This document shows positions 63,336-64,000 of a stretch of DNA of 64,000 nt, piece after piece. The position numbers and the translations under genes are program-made. Below the pieces are notes generated by a model, which saw nothing but the letters and a program-made list of their open reading frames with translations, ran no database searches and was not told the DNA's origin. The first letter of the stretch is position 1. Every line of letters begins with the position of its first letter. Source of the stretch: Macrostomum hystrix. Lineage: Eukaryota; Animalia; Platyhelminthes. The stretch is taken from positions 2,666,001 to 2,730,000 of the forward strand of contig CATNEN010000039.1 of the NCBI GenBank assembly GCA_950097015.1, written 5' to 3'.

Positions 63336-64000
63336 AAGTTTATTTTAAATTTGACAATAAAGCCAAGTCAGAAATGATCTTGAACGAATAAAGAGATATT
63401 ATAGCTACATAAAGAATTAAACAAAATTAGCTTATGCCTACTACGATCACTTAAATATACTTGTTAGGCTGATAGAGGAATTTTACAATTCATACATACA
63501 CACACATTGCGGCACACATACAGTTTACAAAAACGATTCCTAATAAAAGTAAAGTCGCGCCGAAATGCTATAGAAAGTGTAATATTCTTGGGTACTCATT
63601 TTAAATGTACGACTCTTTATATTTATGCCATTTTTTATATTGCAACGTGTTACCTTTTGTATTTATAATCGATTGCTTTTTAATTGTAACAAATTTGTTT
63701 TAACGATGATATCAAATTTATAATAAAATAAATATAGTCAATCAATAAGAGTTCGCGCTGATTCAGCAGTTTGCACCAAGGTTCGAATATCAGAAGATTT
63801 GAACGCGGCCTTCGACATACTCTTTTATTACAAAAGTGAAATTTAAAGATGGTTTTCGCCGGTTTTAAAAAAAGTCAAACAAACACTACGTTTGGTATTA
63901 AAAATAAAACTCTTCAACAAACCACTTTCCTAGATCAGATGCCTATAAAACTCTATGCGCTTACTAAGAGCTTGTACTTTTACTTGTACAGCCTGGTTGT

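Overview
Eukaryotic (invertebrate animal) genomic DNA: GC-rich, CAG-rich exons, GT-AG introns and about 25 unrelated minisatellite arrays. This composition suggests a free-living flatworm such as Macrostomum (inference only, no search run). Genes I could splice by hand: a frameshift-riddled beta-tubulin (-), a complete ~1,900-aa Domino/SRCAP/SWR1 remodeller (-), a small Q-rich orphan (+), a KChIP-like EF-hand protein (+), an NFX1/shuttle-craft-like protein (-), a single-exon class A GPCR (-) and a Na+/K+-ATPase beta subunit (-). A further minus-strand gene or pseudogene at 18.5-22.2 kb is only partly resolved. Mobile DNA: two tRNA-derived SINE families, a Mutator-like non-autonomous element with 9-bp TSD, and two other inverted-repeat elements. 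The most unusual signal is that several minisatellites are built from functional junctions. Two NFX1 introns begin with tandem copies of their own exon end plus splice donor, all extra donors being non-productive. One array starts at a stop codon and another is amplified from a transposon terminal repeat. Other notable points are higher-order repeat structure in the long arrays, a GC-AG intron and a candidate 12/15-nt micro-exon in domino, CpG-depleted blocks upstream of three genes, and a structured SINE carrying a 14-nt match to the HDV ribozyme P3/L3. Most long ORFs in the supplied track over repeats are artefacts. All coordinates and copy numbers were read by eye.
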